Below, piece after piece: positions 22,386 through 31,088 of a stretch of 40,998 bases of DNA. Both the position numbers and the translations under genes were made by a program. The number at the start of each line of letters is the position of its first letter. Position 1 is the stretch's first letter. The notes below the pieces were generated by a model. It worked only from the letters and a program-made list of their open reading frames with translations, was not told the origin of the DNA and did not search any database. Origin of the DNA: Gemmatimonadota bacterium (GTDB taxonomy: Bacteria; Gemmatimonadota; Gemmatimonadetes; Palauibacterales; Palauibacteraceae); contig JBHIAV010000027.1 in assembly GCA_046758745.1 (NCBI GenBank), positions 1-40,998 of the forward strand, written 5' to 3'.

Positions 22386-23432
22386 TCACGCCGCCCGGCG
22401 CAAGGCCAGTCCGACAGAGAGCATCAGCATGGGGGCGATCTCGTCGGCCCGTCGGTCGTCCAGAGCCCCCGGATTCACCTGGAGCCTCTCCACCGGGCTC
22501 GCGATCTTCGTCTCGACGCGGAGCCGCTCCGCCAGCGCTTCGGCGAGACCCGGCACACGGACGCCACCGCCGCACAGGTAGAGGCGTCCGAGACGGGCCC
22601 CCAGCTCCTGCGTCTCCAGGAAGGCGGTGGCCCGCTCGACGCCCCGCGCCACTTCCTGCGCCCGCTCGAAGAGGAACTCCCGAAGCCGCTCGTCCGGGCC
22701 CTCCCCACGGAGGATGGACTCCGCCTCGTCCGCCCGCATCCCCCTCTCCCGCTGCAGATCGAGCGAGAGCCGGCGGGTGCCGAAGGTCAGGTCGCGGGTG
22801 AGGACGGGGACCCCTTCCTCGAGCAAATTCACGTTGGTGGTCTCGTGACCGATGCTCACCAGACCGGCGAGGCCCGTCATCGCCTCAGGATAGTTGACCT
22901 CGAGCCCGTTGTGCAGGGCGAACGCGTCGACGTCCACGATGAGGGGGTTGAGGTTGGCCTCCTCGAGTAGCGCGATCTTGTTCTCGACCAGCTCGCGCTT
23001 GGCAGCCACGAGGAGGACGTTCATCTGCAACCCCTCGCCGTCCGGATCGGTGATCTCGAAGTCGAGCTGCACGCTGTCCATGTCGAATGGGACGTGCTGC
23101 TCGGCTTCCCAGCGGATCACGTCGCGCGCGTCCGACTTCTTCATCCGATCCATCTGAATCGGCTTGATGATGACGTCGCGCCCACCCACGCTGGCGACCA
23201 CGTCGCGATCGGCGATCGCTTCCTCCACGAAGATCGCATCGATCGTCTCGGCGACCAGGCCGGGATCCATGACCTCACCCTCGACGATGGCGTCTCCACC
23301 GAGAGGCCGGACGACCACCCGTTCGAGCTGCGGTTCTTCCTTGGAGTGATCGATGATGGCGACCTTGATGAACCCGCTTCCGACGTCAAGGCCGACCGTT
23401 CGCTTCCTGCGGCCGAGACCGAACAAGGTCAT
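22386..23432 (-). CDS. pilM: type IV pilus actin-like protein
   Basis: VGLDVGS, EAEQHVPF, LLVAAK, DVDAFAL, LCGGG, SVGLALR; ATG at 23432. Confidence 0.95.
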   Translation of the reverse strand: MTLFGLGRRKRTVGLDVGSGFIKVAIIDHSKEEPQLERVVVRPLGGDAIVEGEVMDPGLVAETIDAIFVEEAIADRDVVASVGGRDVIIKPIQMDRMKKSDARDVIRWEAEQHVPFDMDSVQLDFEITDPDGEGLQMNVLLVAAKRELVENKIALLEEANLNPLIVDVDAFALHNGLEVNYPEAMTGLAGLVSIGHETTNVNLLEEGVPVLTRDLTFGTRRLSLDLQRERGMRADEAESILRGEGPDERLREFLFERAQEVARGVERATAFLETQELGARLGRLYLCGGGVRVPGLAEALAERLRVETKIASPVERLQVNPGALDDRRADEIAPMLMLSVGLALRRAA

Positions 23433-23483
23433 CGGGGCACACCGCCGCTGAACGAGACATTCGCGGCAAGGCGGGACCGGGCA

Positions 23484-23513
23484 ATCATAGGCTCCCTGTC
23501 TTTCCTCTGTCAA
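23484..23513 (-). promoter_or_regulatory. sigma70-type promoter for pilMNOPQ
   Basis: -35 TTGACA (23513-23508), 18-nt spacer, -10 TATGAT (23489-23484), ~50 nt upstream of the pilM ATG. Confidence 0.75.
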
Positions 23514-23694
23514 TCACCGCCGCGGTCCACCGCGTGCGCACGCAGAAGGGTTCCGTCGCCGGCCCGGACGCGAAGTTCGGCTTTCGTGGCTCGCAGTCGT
23601 GGGAGCCATCCGGCCGGCGGCGCCTAACCTGCCGCCGGTGGATGCGGCACGCAACCGTCCGCCGCCGCCCGCCGCGGTCATCGCTCTGCGTTCT

Positions 23695-24564
23695 CTAGTT
23701 GCGAAGGGGTATGTCGTACTGAATCGAGCGCTGCACGTTGAAGCGGTTCGCCTGATCACCCAGCGCCACGGCCGTGACGCGCACCGAACGCACGTTGGGG
23801 AAAGCGGCGACGGCCACCGTGGACTGTACGGTACTATCGGCCATCACGTAGCTGAACGCGGCTCCGTTCTGGAACGGCGAGACGAGCTCCTGCGAGCCGC
23901 GCCACAGCGCCTGCCCGGTCCCGAACCCGGAGGAGGCGAAGCGATAGGTGAGGCGCCCGTACTCACGCACGAGCGATCCGCGGTCCGGCACTCCCTGAGC
24001 GAAGTTGCCCTGCCAGCCGGTGACAGTGCGGTAGTAGACGTCCGCCGACGTCGCAGGCGCGCCGAGGCCGGTGCACGTGGCCTTCGGCGTGGCGCCGGTC
24101 GAACCGACCACGCCCGTCCAGCCGTCGGCGTACACGAAGGCGGAGTCGTACGGCCCGGAATAGGCCGTTCCGGAAAATCCGGTGACCAGGTTGGCGTTGG
24201 AGACGCTGTCGTACACGAACAGCGTCGCTTCATCGGCCCCGGTCGAGTCGCACACCACGGCTCGGAGGACGTCGAACCGGAAGGAGACCGAGTCCGGCGT
24301 GGCCGCGAGGAGGTCGCCCGGCGAAGCCATGCGTAGCTCGGCGGACATCAGGTCCACCGCCGCGCGCAGGCTCTGCTGTGCGTAGATCACATCGTCGTTC
24401 TTGCCATAGAAGCGGTTCTGGCTGAGAAGCAGGGACATCACCGCGGCGCCCAGAACCCCGGTGATCACGATGGCGATGAGCATCTCGACCAGCGTGAAGC
24501 CGCCGTGGTGGCGTCCGCCGCTCGGCGGCAAGATCCGATTGCTCTTCATCCTCATCCTCGGCAT
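23695..24564 (-). CDS. PilW-like minor pilin (start uncertain among three ATGs)
   Basis: Class III signal G|FTLVEMLIA; long pilin-like helix; Cys pair; order fimT-pilV-pilW. Confidence 0.8.
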   Translation of the reverse strand: MPRMRMKSNRILPPSGGRHHGGFTLVEMLIAIVITGVLGAAVMSLLLSQNRFYGKNDDVIYAQQSLRAAVDLMSAELRMASPGDLLAATPDSVSFRFDVLRAVVCDSTGADEATLFVYDSVSNANLVTGFSGTAYSGPYDSAFVYADGWTGVVGSTGATPKATCTGLGAPATSADVYYRTVTGWQGNFAQGVPDRGSLVREYGRLTYRFASSGFGTGQALWRGSQELVSPFQNGAAFSYVMADSTVQSTVAVAAFPNVRSVRVTAVALGDQANRFNVQRSIQYDIPLRN

Positions 24565-24576
24565 CCCTCCGACGGC

Positions 24577-24975
24577 CTACGGCGGTCCGGGAAGCGGCCG
24601 CGGCTGATAGAGCCGCGTGCTGAAGGAGCGCGCTTGGAGCGTCCCCACGCCGGGCACGACGGCGTCCACCTGCTTCACCCGCGCGCTCGGGTTGGTCACC
24701 GTGAGCGTCACGAAGTAGGTGTTGCCGCCCAGCGTGATGGTGTCGACACCGCTCACGGCGGCGGCGTAGCCGCCCCGGTGGATGCGCTCCAGGGCTTCCT
24801 GGCCTGCGAGCGCCTGATCCGTCTGCCAGGCGGCCAGCCGCGTCTGGGAGGCCACGGTCATCGCCAGGCCCGTGATCGCCATCAAGCCGATGGCCAGCAT
24901 GATCAGCGCGATCATGGCCTCGACCAGGCCGAAGCCGGCCTCGTCGCGCGGCTTCCGGAGCTTCCTCGTACTCAC
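24577..24975 (-). CDS. PilV-like minor pilin
   Basis: G|FGLVEAMIALIMLAIGLMA. Confidence 0.8.
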   Translation of the reverse strand: MSTRKLRKPRDEAGFGLVEAMIALIMLAIGLMAITGLAMTVASQTRLAAWQTDQALAGQEALERIHRGGYAAAVSGVDTITLGGNTYFVTLTVTNPSARVKQVDAVVPGVGTLQARSFSTRLYQPRPLPGPP

Positions 24976-24991
24976 CCCCTCGCTCCCGAGA

Positions 24992-25447
24992 TCATAGCTT
25001 AAGGATCTGATGCCGCCCGAGGGCGTTGAGCTGGACCCGAAAGGCTCGGTCGTACCGCGTCACGTCGATCTCCACCTGTGCAGCGCCGACCAGCAGCCCC
25101 CGCGAGTTGAAGGTGAGCGAGTCCCCTGCCGTGTCGACATCCAGGGCCGTGAGGGGCAGCTCCGAGGATGCGTCGAACGACCGACTGGAGAGCACGGCGC
25201 CCCCGGCCTCGCGGATGACGTAGCTCCGCGTCGCCTCGTCGGCGACCAGCGAGACGTTGGCGCGGCGCCTGATCGCGTAGCTCCGCGTCAGGGTGGCATC
25301 CCCTGCCACCAAACGGGCCGCCTTGCTCGCGGTGGTGGCCTCCGTGAACTCCCGGTAGGAAGTGGTTCCTACCCCCAGGATGACCGCTCCGATCGTGAGC
25401 ACGATCAGCAGCTCAATCAGTGTGAAACCCGCTATTCGGTCTTGCAT
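24992..25447 (-). CDS. FimT/FimU (GspH-like) minor pilin
   Basis: G|FTLIELLIV, TFNSRG, LNALGR; ATG at 25447. Confidence 0.82.
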   Translation of the reverse strand: MQDRIAGFTLIELLIVLTIGAVILGVGTTSYREFTEATTASKAARLVAGDATLTRSYAIRRRANVSLVADEATRSYVIREAGGAVLSSRSFDASSELPLTALDVDTAGDSLTFNSRGLLVGAAQVEIDVTRYDRAFRVQLNALGRHQILKL

Positions 25448-25532
25448 ATCTCGTCCGGGACATCCGAGCCCGTTCAGGTGTTCTTCCTCACCTTCTCCAT
25501 TGGCGCCGCGACGGCGCCTGAAGTTTCCCTGC

Positions 25533-25548
25533 CGCAAGATGTTTACCA
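25533..25548 (-). promoter_or_regulatory. candidate sigma54 -24/-12 promoter for the fimT-pilV-pilW minor pilins
   Basis: TGGTAAACATCTTGCG: GG-N10-GC spacing with TTGC; two mismatches to TGGCAC. Confidence 0.5.
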
Positions 25549-25670
25549 CAGCTTACTGCCTTACGCCGCAATCGGTTATGTTACCGAGAGCGGCCGGCCG
25601 GCCGGCAAACCCTTACCGGCCGGGAAAAGCTTTCAACGCGCCCGCGTCCTCGGGGACACGGACTCCGGTC

Positions 25671-26168
25671 TCAGCCGCCCCCCACGACGAACGTTTCCCG
25701 CCGGACGCGGCCGAGGAAATTGCTCACCAGCCGCACGCCTCGGCGGCCCCGGTACAGGTAGACGCTCCCGGGGGCTGCCTGGCCTCGGGCGTTGAAGCGG
25801 AGCGTCGCCGGACGCACCCGAAGCGAGTCCAGGGCGAGGGGGCCGCCTCGTCCCACGGGCGCGACGGCCACCACGCTGTCCCGTGGGTCCAGGAGCAGCA
25901 GATCTCCGAGGGGCGAAGCCCTCACCCGCATCGTCTCCCGGCGCGCCACCGCCACCATCCGGGCGAGCCCCAGATGGCTCCGCACGAGATCGGCCGCCCC
26001 ATCAAGCGCGGCCGCCGCTGCGTACCGCCGGTATCCCTGCACCCCCGCGCCGATCGCGATCCCCAGAATGCCAAGGACGATCAGCAGCTCCAGCAGCCCG
26101 CCCCCGGCTACCGCCCCGGCCGGCCGCCCGAGGGAACGCCGACTCCTCCGGCTTCCGCCCTCCTCCAC
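25671..26168 (-). CDS. FimT/GspH-like pilin-family protein with atypical cleavage site
   Basis: AG|GGLLELLIVLGILG hydrophobic helix; RFNARG; GSVYL; VSNFLGRVR; start uncertain. Confidence 0.7.
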   Translation of the reverse strand: MEEGGSRRSRRSLGRPAGAVAGGGLLELLIVLGILGIAIGAGVQGYRRYAAAAALDGAADLVRSHLGLARMVAVARRETMRVRASPLGDLLLLDPRDSVVAVAPVGRGGPLALDSLRVRPATLRFNARGQAAPGSVYLYRGRRGVRLVSNFLGRVRRETFVVGGG

Positions 26169-26286
26169 GTCGCGCCTCCCGTACGGAGCGCGGCTCCGGG
26201 CGCGGCTGTGCCTCGAGCTTCGGGAGCACGGATCACCGCTCGCTCAACCTTCGCGGCGAGCGGCGCGAGTGGCAGTGCGAGTCGGC

Positions 26287-26649
26287 TCAGTTGCCGCATG
26301 TGGGAGGCTGCGTTCCCGACGCACTGTCCGAGGCCGTGCAGGTGATGGTGGTCGCCTGGTGACTCGCGTGCGCTCCCCACCCGGTGGCGGTCGCGCTGTC
26401 GATCACCACGGTGACGCCCTCGCTCGTGTTGTACTCGCCGCTCGGCAGGGAGGCGGCGAAGGTGTCGTTGCGGGCGAAGTACGCCGCCTGCGCGGCGCCC
26501 AGGTTTCGAAGATCAGACTTCATGGCGGCGACGTAGGCCTTCTCCCGGGTCGCCGACACCTTCGGCAGGGCCACCCCTGCGAGGATCGCGACGATCAGAA
26601 GAACCACCAGCACCTCGATCAGGGTGAAGCCCCCCTCTCCGTGCGCCAT
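26287..26649 (-). CDS. second type IVa pilin (120 aa prepilin with a C-terminal Cys pair)
   Basis: GGAGG SD before ATG at 26649; G|FTLIEVLVV…P22; AMKSDLRNL…AYFA. Confidence 0.9.
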   Translation of the reverse strand: MAHGEGGFTLIEVLVVLLIVAILAGVALPKVSATREKAYVAAMKSDLRNLGAAQAAYFARNDTFAASLPSGEYNTSEGVTVVIDSATATGWGAHASHQATTITCTASDSASGTQPPTCGN

Positions 26650-26705
26650 TTCGACCTCCGTTCCGCGGGCCACGCAAGACCTGCGGGCCCCTCGACAGGG
26701 GGTGG

Positions 26706-26721
26706 AGCAACCCGCATGCCT
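26706..26721 (-). promoter_or_regulatory. sigma54 -24/-12 promoter of the second pilin
   Basis: AGGCATGCGGGTTGCT, close to consensus TGGCACN5TTGCW; 57 nt upstream of the ATG. Confidence 0.8.
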
Positions 26722-26876
26722 CGTTTACGCGGGACACTAACCCGTTCATCGGCAACGGATTGGAGAAGCCAGCGTTCGGCGGGGCCGGGATGGACGCGTT
26801 CGGAAGACGCAGAATGCCACACCCAGGGGTCAGCCGGGCGACGAAGCGCACCACAGACGAGACACGGTCCGCCACT

Positions 26877-28400
26877 TCACGGGGAACCCCTCGCCGGCAG
26901 CCAGATGAACGGAGGGGCGTCGTTGATGGGCTCGTAGTTCTCCATGATCGCCCCCCAGATCGTCGGGGCTCTCCACAGGTAGGCGAAGAGCAGTCGGCGC
27001 GCCTCGGCGTCGGCCGGGGCGGGTCCGAGCGCGAGGTCGATCTGGGTGACGATCAACGGAACACGGCGCGAACGGAGCTCGGCCGCCAGCCCGCTCTCAT
27101 CCCATCGGTCGCCCTCGAGCAGGACGCCGAAGGCGAACGGGTCGTTCAGGTACGGTCTCGTTCCCTCTCGCAGAACAGCCGGGAAGAGGATCGCGTCGAC
27201 GAGCGGGTAGCCGGGCTGTAGCCCTACAATCCGGTAATAATCCCGCTGGGCCGCCAGCTGCCGCAGATTCGCCACGCGGTCCGCGCCGAGCGCTACGCTG
27301 GCCGCACCGAGCCAGGCCACCAGAGCCCACACCAACGGGCGCGGCCCCGGGAACGCCCGGAGCTCGCCCTCCCCCGGGCTTCGGGCACGGACGATCGCGA
27401 GCAGCACCAGCGCGAAAAGGGGCTCCAGCAGATAGTTGACGCTCGCGCCGATCTTGCTCATCGCGGCCAGGTGCAGCGGCCAAGCGAGCGCCGCGTACAG
27501 CTCCGGGAATCGCGGCCGGAGGCCGCCGCGCACCATGAGGGCCACGAGGAGCAGAAGGGGGATCCACTGGGCGGGTACGCTGTCGGCGAGGGTGGATCGA
27601 ACACCGAAGAAACCAGCCGATCCCCGAAGCGATCCGAAGGCGTTGGCCAGGTAGCCGCCGCCGGTGGCGCGATCCAGGAGCAGGGTACCTAGCGTGGCCG
27701 CCGCGGCGAGCGCCCCCAGGAAGCCCACGGCGCGCAGGCGATGGCCGCCCACCAGCCAGGCGAGCCCGAGCGCGGCCGGGGCAGCCACGTAGCTCTGTTT
27801 CGTGAAGAAGGCGAGGAGGAAGAAGCCGGCGGCCGCGGCCCACCGGCCCGGGCTTCCGTCGCCCTTCTCCTCCCCGAGGACGCAGAGGATGCCCGCCGCG
27901 GTCCACAGCAGTCCCAGCGTGTCGACCTGGGCCGCACCCATCAGGTTGTATACGCCCGGATTGATGAGCAGCCCCCCGAGGAGCAGGGCGGTCCAGCTCC
28001 ACGGGACTCGCCTGCGGCGGGAGAGAGCCACCAGCATCCCGAGTACGCCGCCGGTTGCGGCAAGAGAGAGAAGACGCGGTGCGAAGTACGCCTCGGCCGC
28101 TCCGGTCACGGCCTGAAGCGCCGCCGACAGCCAGAAGAAGAGCGGGGGGTAAAGGGTGAGGACCAGGGGAGGGTGGGACCACGCATCGGCGGGATACATG
28201 GCACCGGTGGACCCCGTTTCCAGCAGGGCGGCCAGGCTCCCGAGCACCGGCCCCTCCGTGTACTGGAAGAGCACCTCGGACCGCAGGAGGCGGAGCGCGC
28301 CGTAGGCGAGTGCCACGACGACGAGGCCGGCGAAGACGCCGCCTACGACATGCGAGGTGACTCGGTCGGCGCGGCGGAGGGAAGCCCCGCCGTCATTCAC
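26877..28400 (-). CDS. polytopic membrane glycosyltransferase, probable GT-C fold
   Basis: Many TM segments; first-loop QYTEGP, YPPLF, QVD, FFTKQS; lies directly after the GT2 gene. Confidence 0.7.
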   Translation of the reverse strand: MNDGGASLRRADRVTSHVVGGVFAGLVVVALAYGALRLLRSEVLFQYTEGPVLGSLAALLETGSTGAMYPADAWSHPPLVLTLYPPLFFWLSAALQAVTGAAEAYFAPRLLSLAATGGVLGMLVALSRRRRVPWSWTALLLGGLLINPGVYNLMGAAQVDTLGLLWTAAGILCVLGEEKGDGSPGRWAAAAGFFLLAFFTKQSYVAAPAALGLAWLVGGHRLRAVGFLGALAAAATLGTLLLDRATGGGYLANAFGSLRGSAGFFGVRSTLADSVPAQWIPLLLLVALMVRGGLRPRFPELYAALAWPLHLAAMSKIGASVNYLLEPLFALVLLAIVRARSPGEGELRAFPGPRPLVWALVAWLGAASVALGADRVANLRQLAAQRDYYRIVGLQPGYPLVDAILFPAVLREGTRPYLNDPFAFGVLLEGDRWDESGLAAELRSRRVPLIVTQIDLALGPAPADAEARRLLFAYLWRAPTIWGAIMENYEPINDAPPFIWLPARGSP

Positions 28401-29373
28401 CCGCTGCCTCGCGACTCAGCGAAGAGGAATCTCCGTCCGGCCGACCCGGAGGGAGATTCCGGTACCGCCTGACCACGAAAGCGGGTCTCGCTTTCGTCTC
28501 GTTGTAGATCCGGCCCACATACTCGCCCATGATCCCGAGGGCGAGAAGCTGCACTCCCCCCAGGAAGAGGATGGAGGTCATCACGGAGGCCCACCCCGGT
28601 ATCGCCGCACCGGTGACCAGCTTGTGGTACAGGACGTTCAGCATGACCACGAAGGCGACTCCGGAAACGAGGAATCCGAGGACCGTGGCCAGACGAAGGG
28701 GCACCTCTGAGAAGGCGAAGAAGGCATCGGTGGCCAGGCGGAGCAGCTTGACCGGGCTCTGGCGCGGCGCTCCCGCGTAGCGGGCCGCCCGCTCGAACTC
28801 GATCCCGATTTGCCGCCCCCCCACGTACGCTCGCAGTCCGCTCACGTACCGACTGCGCTCGGGCATCCGGTTGATGAGCTCGACAACCGAGCGGTCCATG
28901 AGCGAGAAGTTCCCGGCGTTGGCCGGGATTTCCAGCGGGCTCAGCCGGCTCAGGATCGAGTAGAAGAGGGAGAAGAGCCGCCTCTTGACCCACCCTTCCT
29001 TCCGCTCCTTCTTGACCGCATACACCACATCGTAGCCCTCCTCCCATTTCTGCACGAGAGAGGGAATGACCTCCGGCGGGTCCTGAAGGTCCCCGTCGAG
29101 AAGAACCACCGCGTCCCCATCCGCCACGGAGAGCCCTGCTGCGATAGCCAGCTGCTGGCCGAAGTTGCGTGACAGGTGAACGGCGCTCACCCGTGAGTCG
29201 GCTTCTGTGAAGGCTTGGATGATATCCGGCGACCGATCGCTGCTACCGTCGTCCACGTAGATGATGCGCCACTCGTGCGGCAGCGACTCGAGCGCGGCGC
29301 AGAGGCGCCGGTGCAGCTCCTCGAGGATGGCCTCCTCCTGATAGATCGGAACGACAGCGTGTACCGACTTCAA
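28393..29373 (-). CDS. GT2 polyprenyl-phosphate glycosyltransferase (GtrB/CsbB/DPM1-like)
   Basis: VVPIYQEE, VDDGSSD, SRNFGQQ, DGDLQDPP, two C-terminal TMs, GEYVGRIY; TTG at 29373 overlaps the upstream stop after a GGAGG SD. Confidence 0.92.
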   Translation of the reverse strand: MKSVHAVVPIYQEEAILEELHRRLCAALESLPHEWRIIYVDDGSSDRSPDIIQAFTEADSRVSAVHLSRNFGQQLAIAAGLSVADGDAVVLLDGDLQDPPEVIPSLVQKWEEGYDVVYAVKKERKEGWVKRRLFSLFYSILSRLSPLEIPANAGNFSLMDRSVVELINRMPERSRYVSGLRAYVGGRQIGIEFERAARYAGAPRQSPVKLLRLATDAFFAFSEVPLRLATVLGFLVSGVAFVVMLNVLYHKLVTGAAIPGWASVMTSILFLGGVQLLALGIMGEYVGRIYNETKARPAFVVRRYRNLPPGRPDGDSSSLSREAAGE

Positions 29374-31088
29374 TGCTCCTCCTGCCTCCTCCGGGAGGCG
29401 GTTTTCGGGCCCGGCTGTCCGGGCTCGCCGGATTCCTTCCATACGTACAGCCCGACCAGCTCGACTTCGTCCACTGCGGCTGCGAGGACCGGTCTCACGT
29501 TGTTGTAGATCCCCCACTCCCTCGCCCCGAACACCGCCTTTCGCGCCACCAGGAGGTAGTACGGGGGGGGCCATTCCTGAGAGATGCGAATGTCTTCCCG
29601 TAGCAGGCGATAGGCCTGCAGGCTGCGGAAGTAGTCCGACCGCGGGAAGGTGGCGAGCTGCGCGTCCTCGGGAAGGTACTCGTTGACGCGCTCGAGGAAG
29701 TCGGGGGTCACCGCATCGTACCAGTAGCTGACCTCCATCCCGATCCTGGCCGCACCCCTAGGGCCGCCGATCACCTCGTTGTAGTAGGAGAGGTAGAACG
29801 GGGCGATCCGTGTCAGCTGCAGATAGGGGGGATAGAAGAAGAGCAGCCCGAGGAGCAGCGTGGCGAGGACGCCGGCCCGCGCCGGGAGCACCCTGCCGAG
29901 CCGGGCGTGGAACGCCCCGAAGCCGCGCCCGGCGAGCAGTGCCAGGAACGGGAACATCGGCAGGAAGAGACGAACGCCGTCGTGGTTCGGGGATGATGGG
30001 AGGGCGAGGAGCGCCCAGAAGAAGACGATCATCGCGAGGCAGAGCCCGCCCATCGCGTTTCGTCCTGGCCGCGCGAGCGACCGAGCCGCTCCAAAGATCG
30101 CCAGGACGAGGAGGGCGAGCGGGACGGTCACCACCGTCATGACGATCGGGTGGTGCCACGGAACCACGTACTCGTACTGCGTCCCCAGATAGTAGGTGTT
30201 GATCGGGACCGACTCCTGGCGGGAGAGGCTCTCGGAGAAGAGCCGGGCCGCGTAGCCGGCCGGATCGTGCCAGGCGAGCGGGTTCAGGAGGTACGAGACG
30301 GCCAGGCCGCCCGCGATCCACCCGACGAACGCTAGCGCTGCACGCGCGCTGCGTCGATAGACGAGGAGCCAGCCCAGCAGCGGAAGCGGGAGGAGGTATC
30401 CCGTGAACTTCGTCCCCATCGCCAGGCCGAGGCCGACCGCTCCCACGACCAGGTAGCCTCGCCTTCCCTCCAGCAGGTAGAGGGCGAGCCCGGCCGACGC
30501 GACGAACCAGAAGAGGGTGAGCGGCGTGTCGGTGGCGGCGATGTGCGCGTGTCCGACTGCCCGCGGTAGCAGGAGGAGGGAGAGACCGGCGGCCGCGCCG
30601 CTCGTCGTGCCCCAGACCCTTCCCCCGACCCAGGTCGCGCCGCCGACGAGGAGCGCGAACCACACGAGCGAAGCCAACCGGAAGCCGCGGATCGGGTCGA
30701 GCCAGCGCGACGAGATCCACTCCGCCAGCGCCATCCCCTCCTTGTACACCGGAGGATGCGGATTCCAGTAGTGCTCGGCGTCCCACACCTCCCGTATGCG
30801 TTCAGCGCTCGCGAGCGAGCGCCGCTCCGGCCCCCGGGTCACGGCCGCGGTCCACTCCTGGATGCGGCTGGCCGAGTCGAAGTACCGCGGTTCATCCCAG
30901 GTCAGCCCGACCCGCCCGAGACCGGGCAGCAGCCAGATGAAGGCGACGACCGCCAGCGCCACGCTCATCAGCACTGGAGATCGCGCCCGCTCCTCTCCAC
31001 CGTCGACAGAGCCGCCCCCCCCGGCGAACGGCCGTCCTCCCGGGTCCATCTGAGCCGCTCCCGCAGGAGCCCTCGTGCCGCCGGTCAT
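29370..31088 (-). CDS. ArnT/PMT-like GT-C membrane glycosyltransferase (paralog A)
   Basis: TWDEPRY, HPP, HIAATD, TKFTG, PWHHP, HDGVRLFLP, SYYNEVIGG; ~11-13 hydrophobic segments. Confidence 0.82.
   Translation of the reverse strand: MTGGTRAPAGAAQMDPGGRPFAGGGGSVDGGEERARSPVLMSVALAVVAFIWLLPGLGRVGLTWDEPRYFDSASRIQEWTAAVTRGPERRSLASAERIREVWDAEHYWNPHPPVYKEGMALAEWISSRWLDPIRGFRLASLVWFALLVGGATWVGGRVWGTTSGAAAGLSLLLLPRAVGHAHIAATDTPLTLFWFVASAGLALYLLEGRRGYLVVGAVGLGLAMGTKFTGYLLPLPLLGWLLVYRRSARAALAFVGWIAGGLAVSYLLNPLAWHDPAGYAARLFSESLSRQESVPINTYYLGTQYEYVVPWHHPIVMTVVTVPLALLVLAIFGAARSLARPGRNAMGGLCLAMIVFFWALLALPSSPNHDGVRLFLPMFPFLALLAGRGFGAFHARLGRVLPARAGVLATLLLGLLFFYPPYLQLTRIAPFYLSYYNEVIGGPRGAARIGMEVSYWYDAVTPDFLERVNEYLPEDAQLATFPRSDYFRSLQAYRLLREDIRISQEWPPPYYLLVARKAVFGAREWGIYNNVRPVLAAAVDEVELVGLYVWKESGEPGQPGPKTASRRRQEEH

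Noticed and set aside
25559-25586. dif-like site (TTATGTTA resembles the XerD arm; xerC is in the window)
   Set aside because: The would-be XerC arm CCTTACGCCGC lacks the conserved ATAA, and the right arm matches only 8 of 11 positions
25600-25640. GGCAAAC…GAAAAGC resembling a c-di-GMP-I riboswitch
   Set aside because: It lies on the strand opposite the downstream genes and lacks the GNRA-capped P2 stem and GACGCAAAGC/P3 architecture
26236-26263. Hairpin after the second pilin as a terminator
   Set aside because: The stem is present but has no U tract; at most an mRNA-stabilising structure
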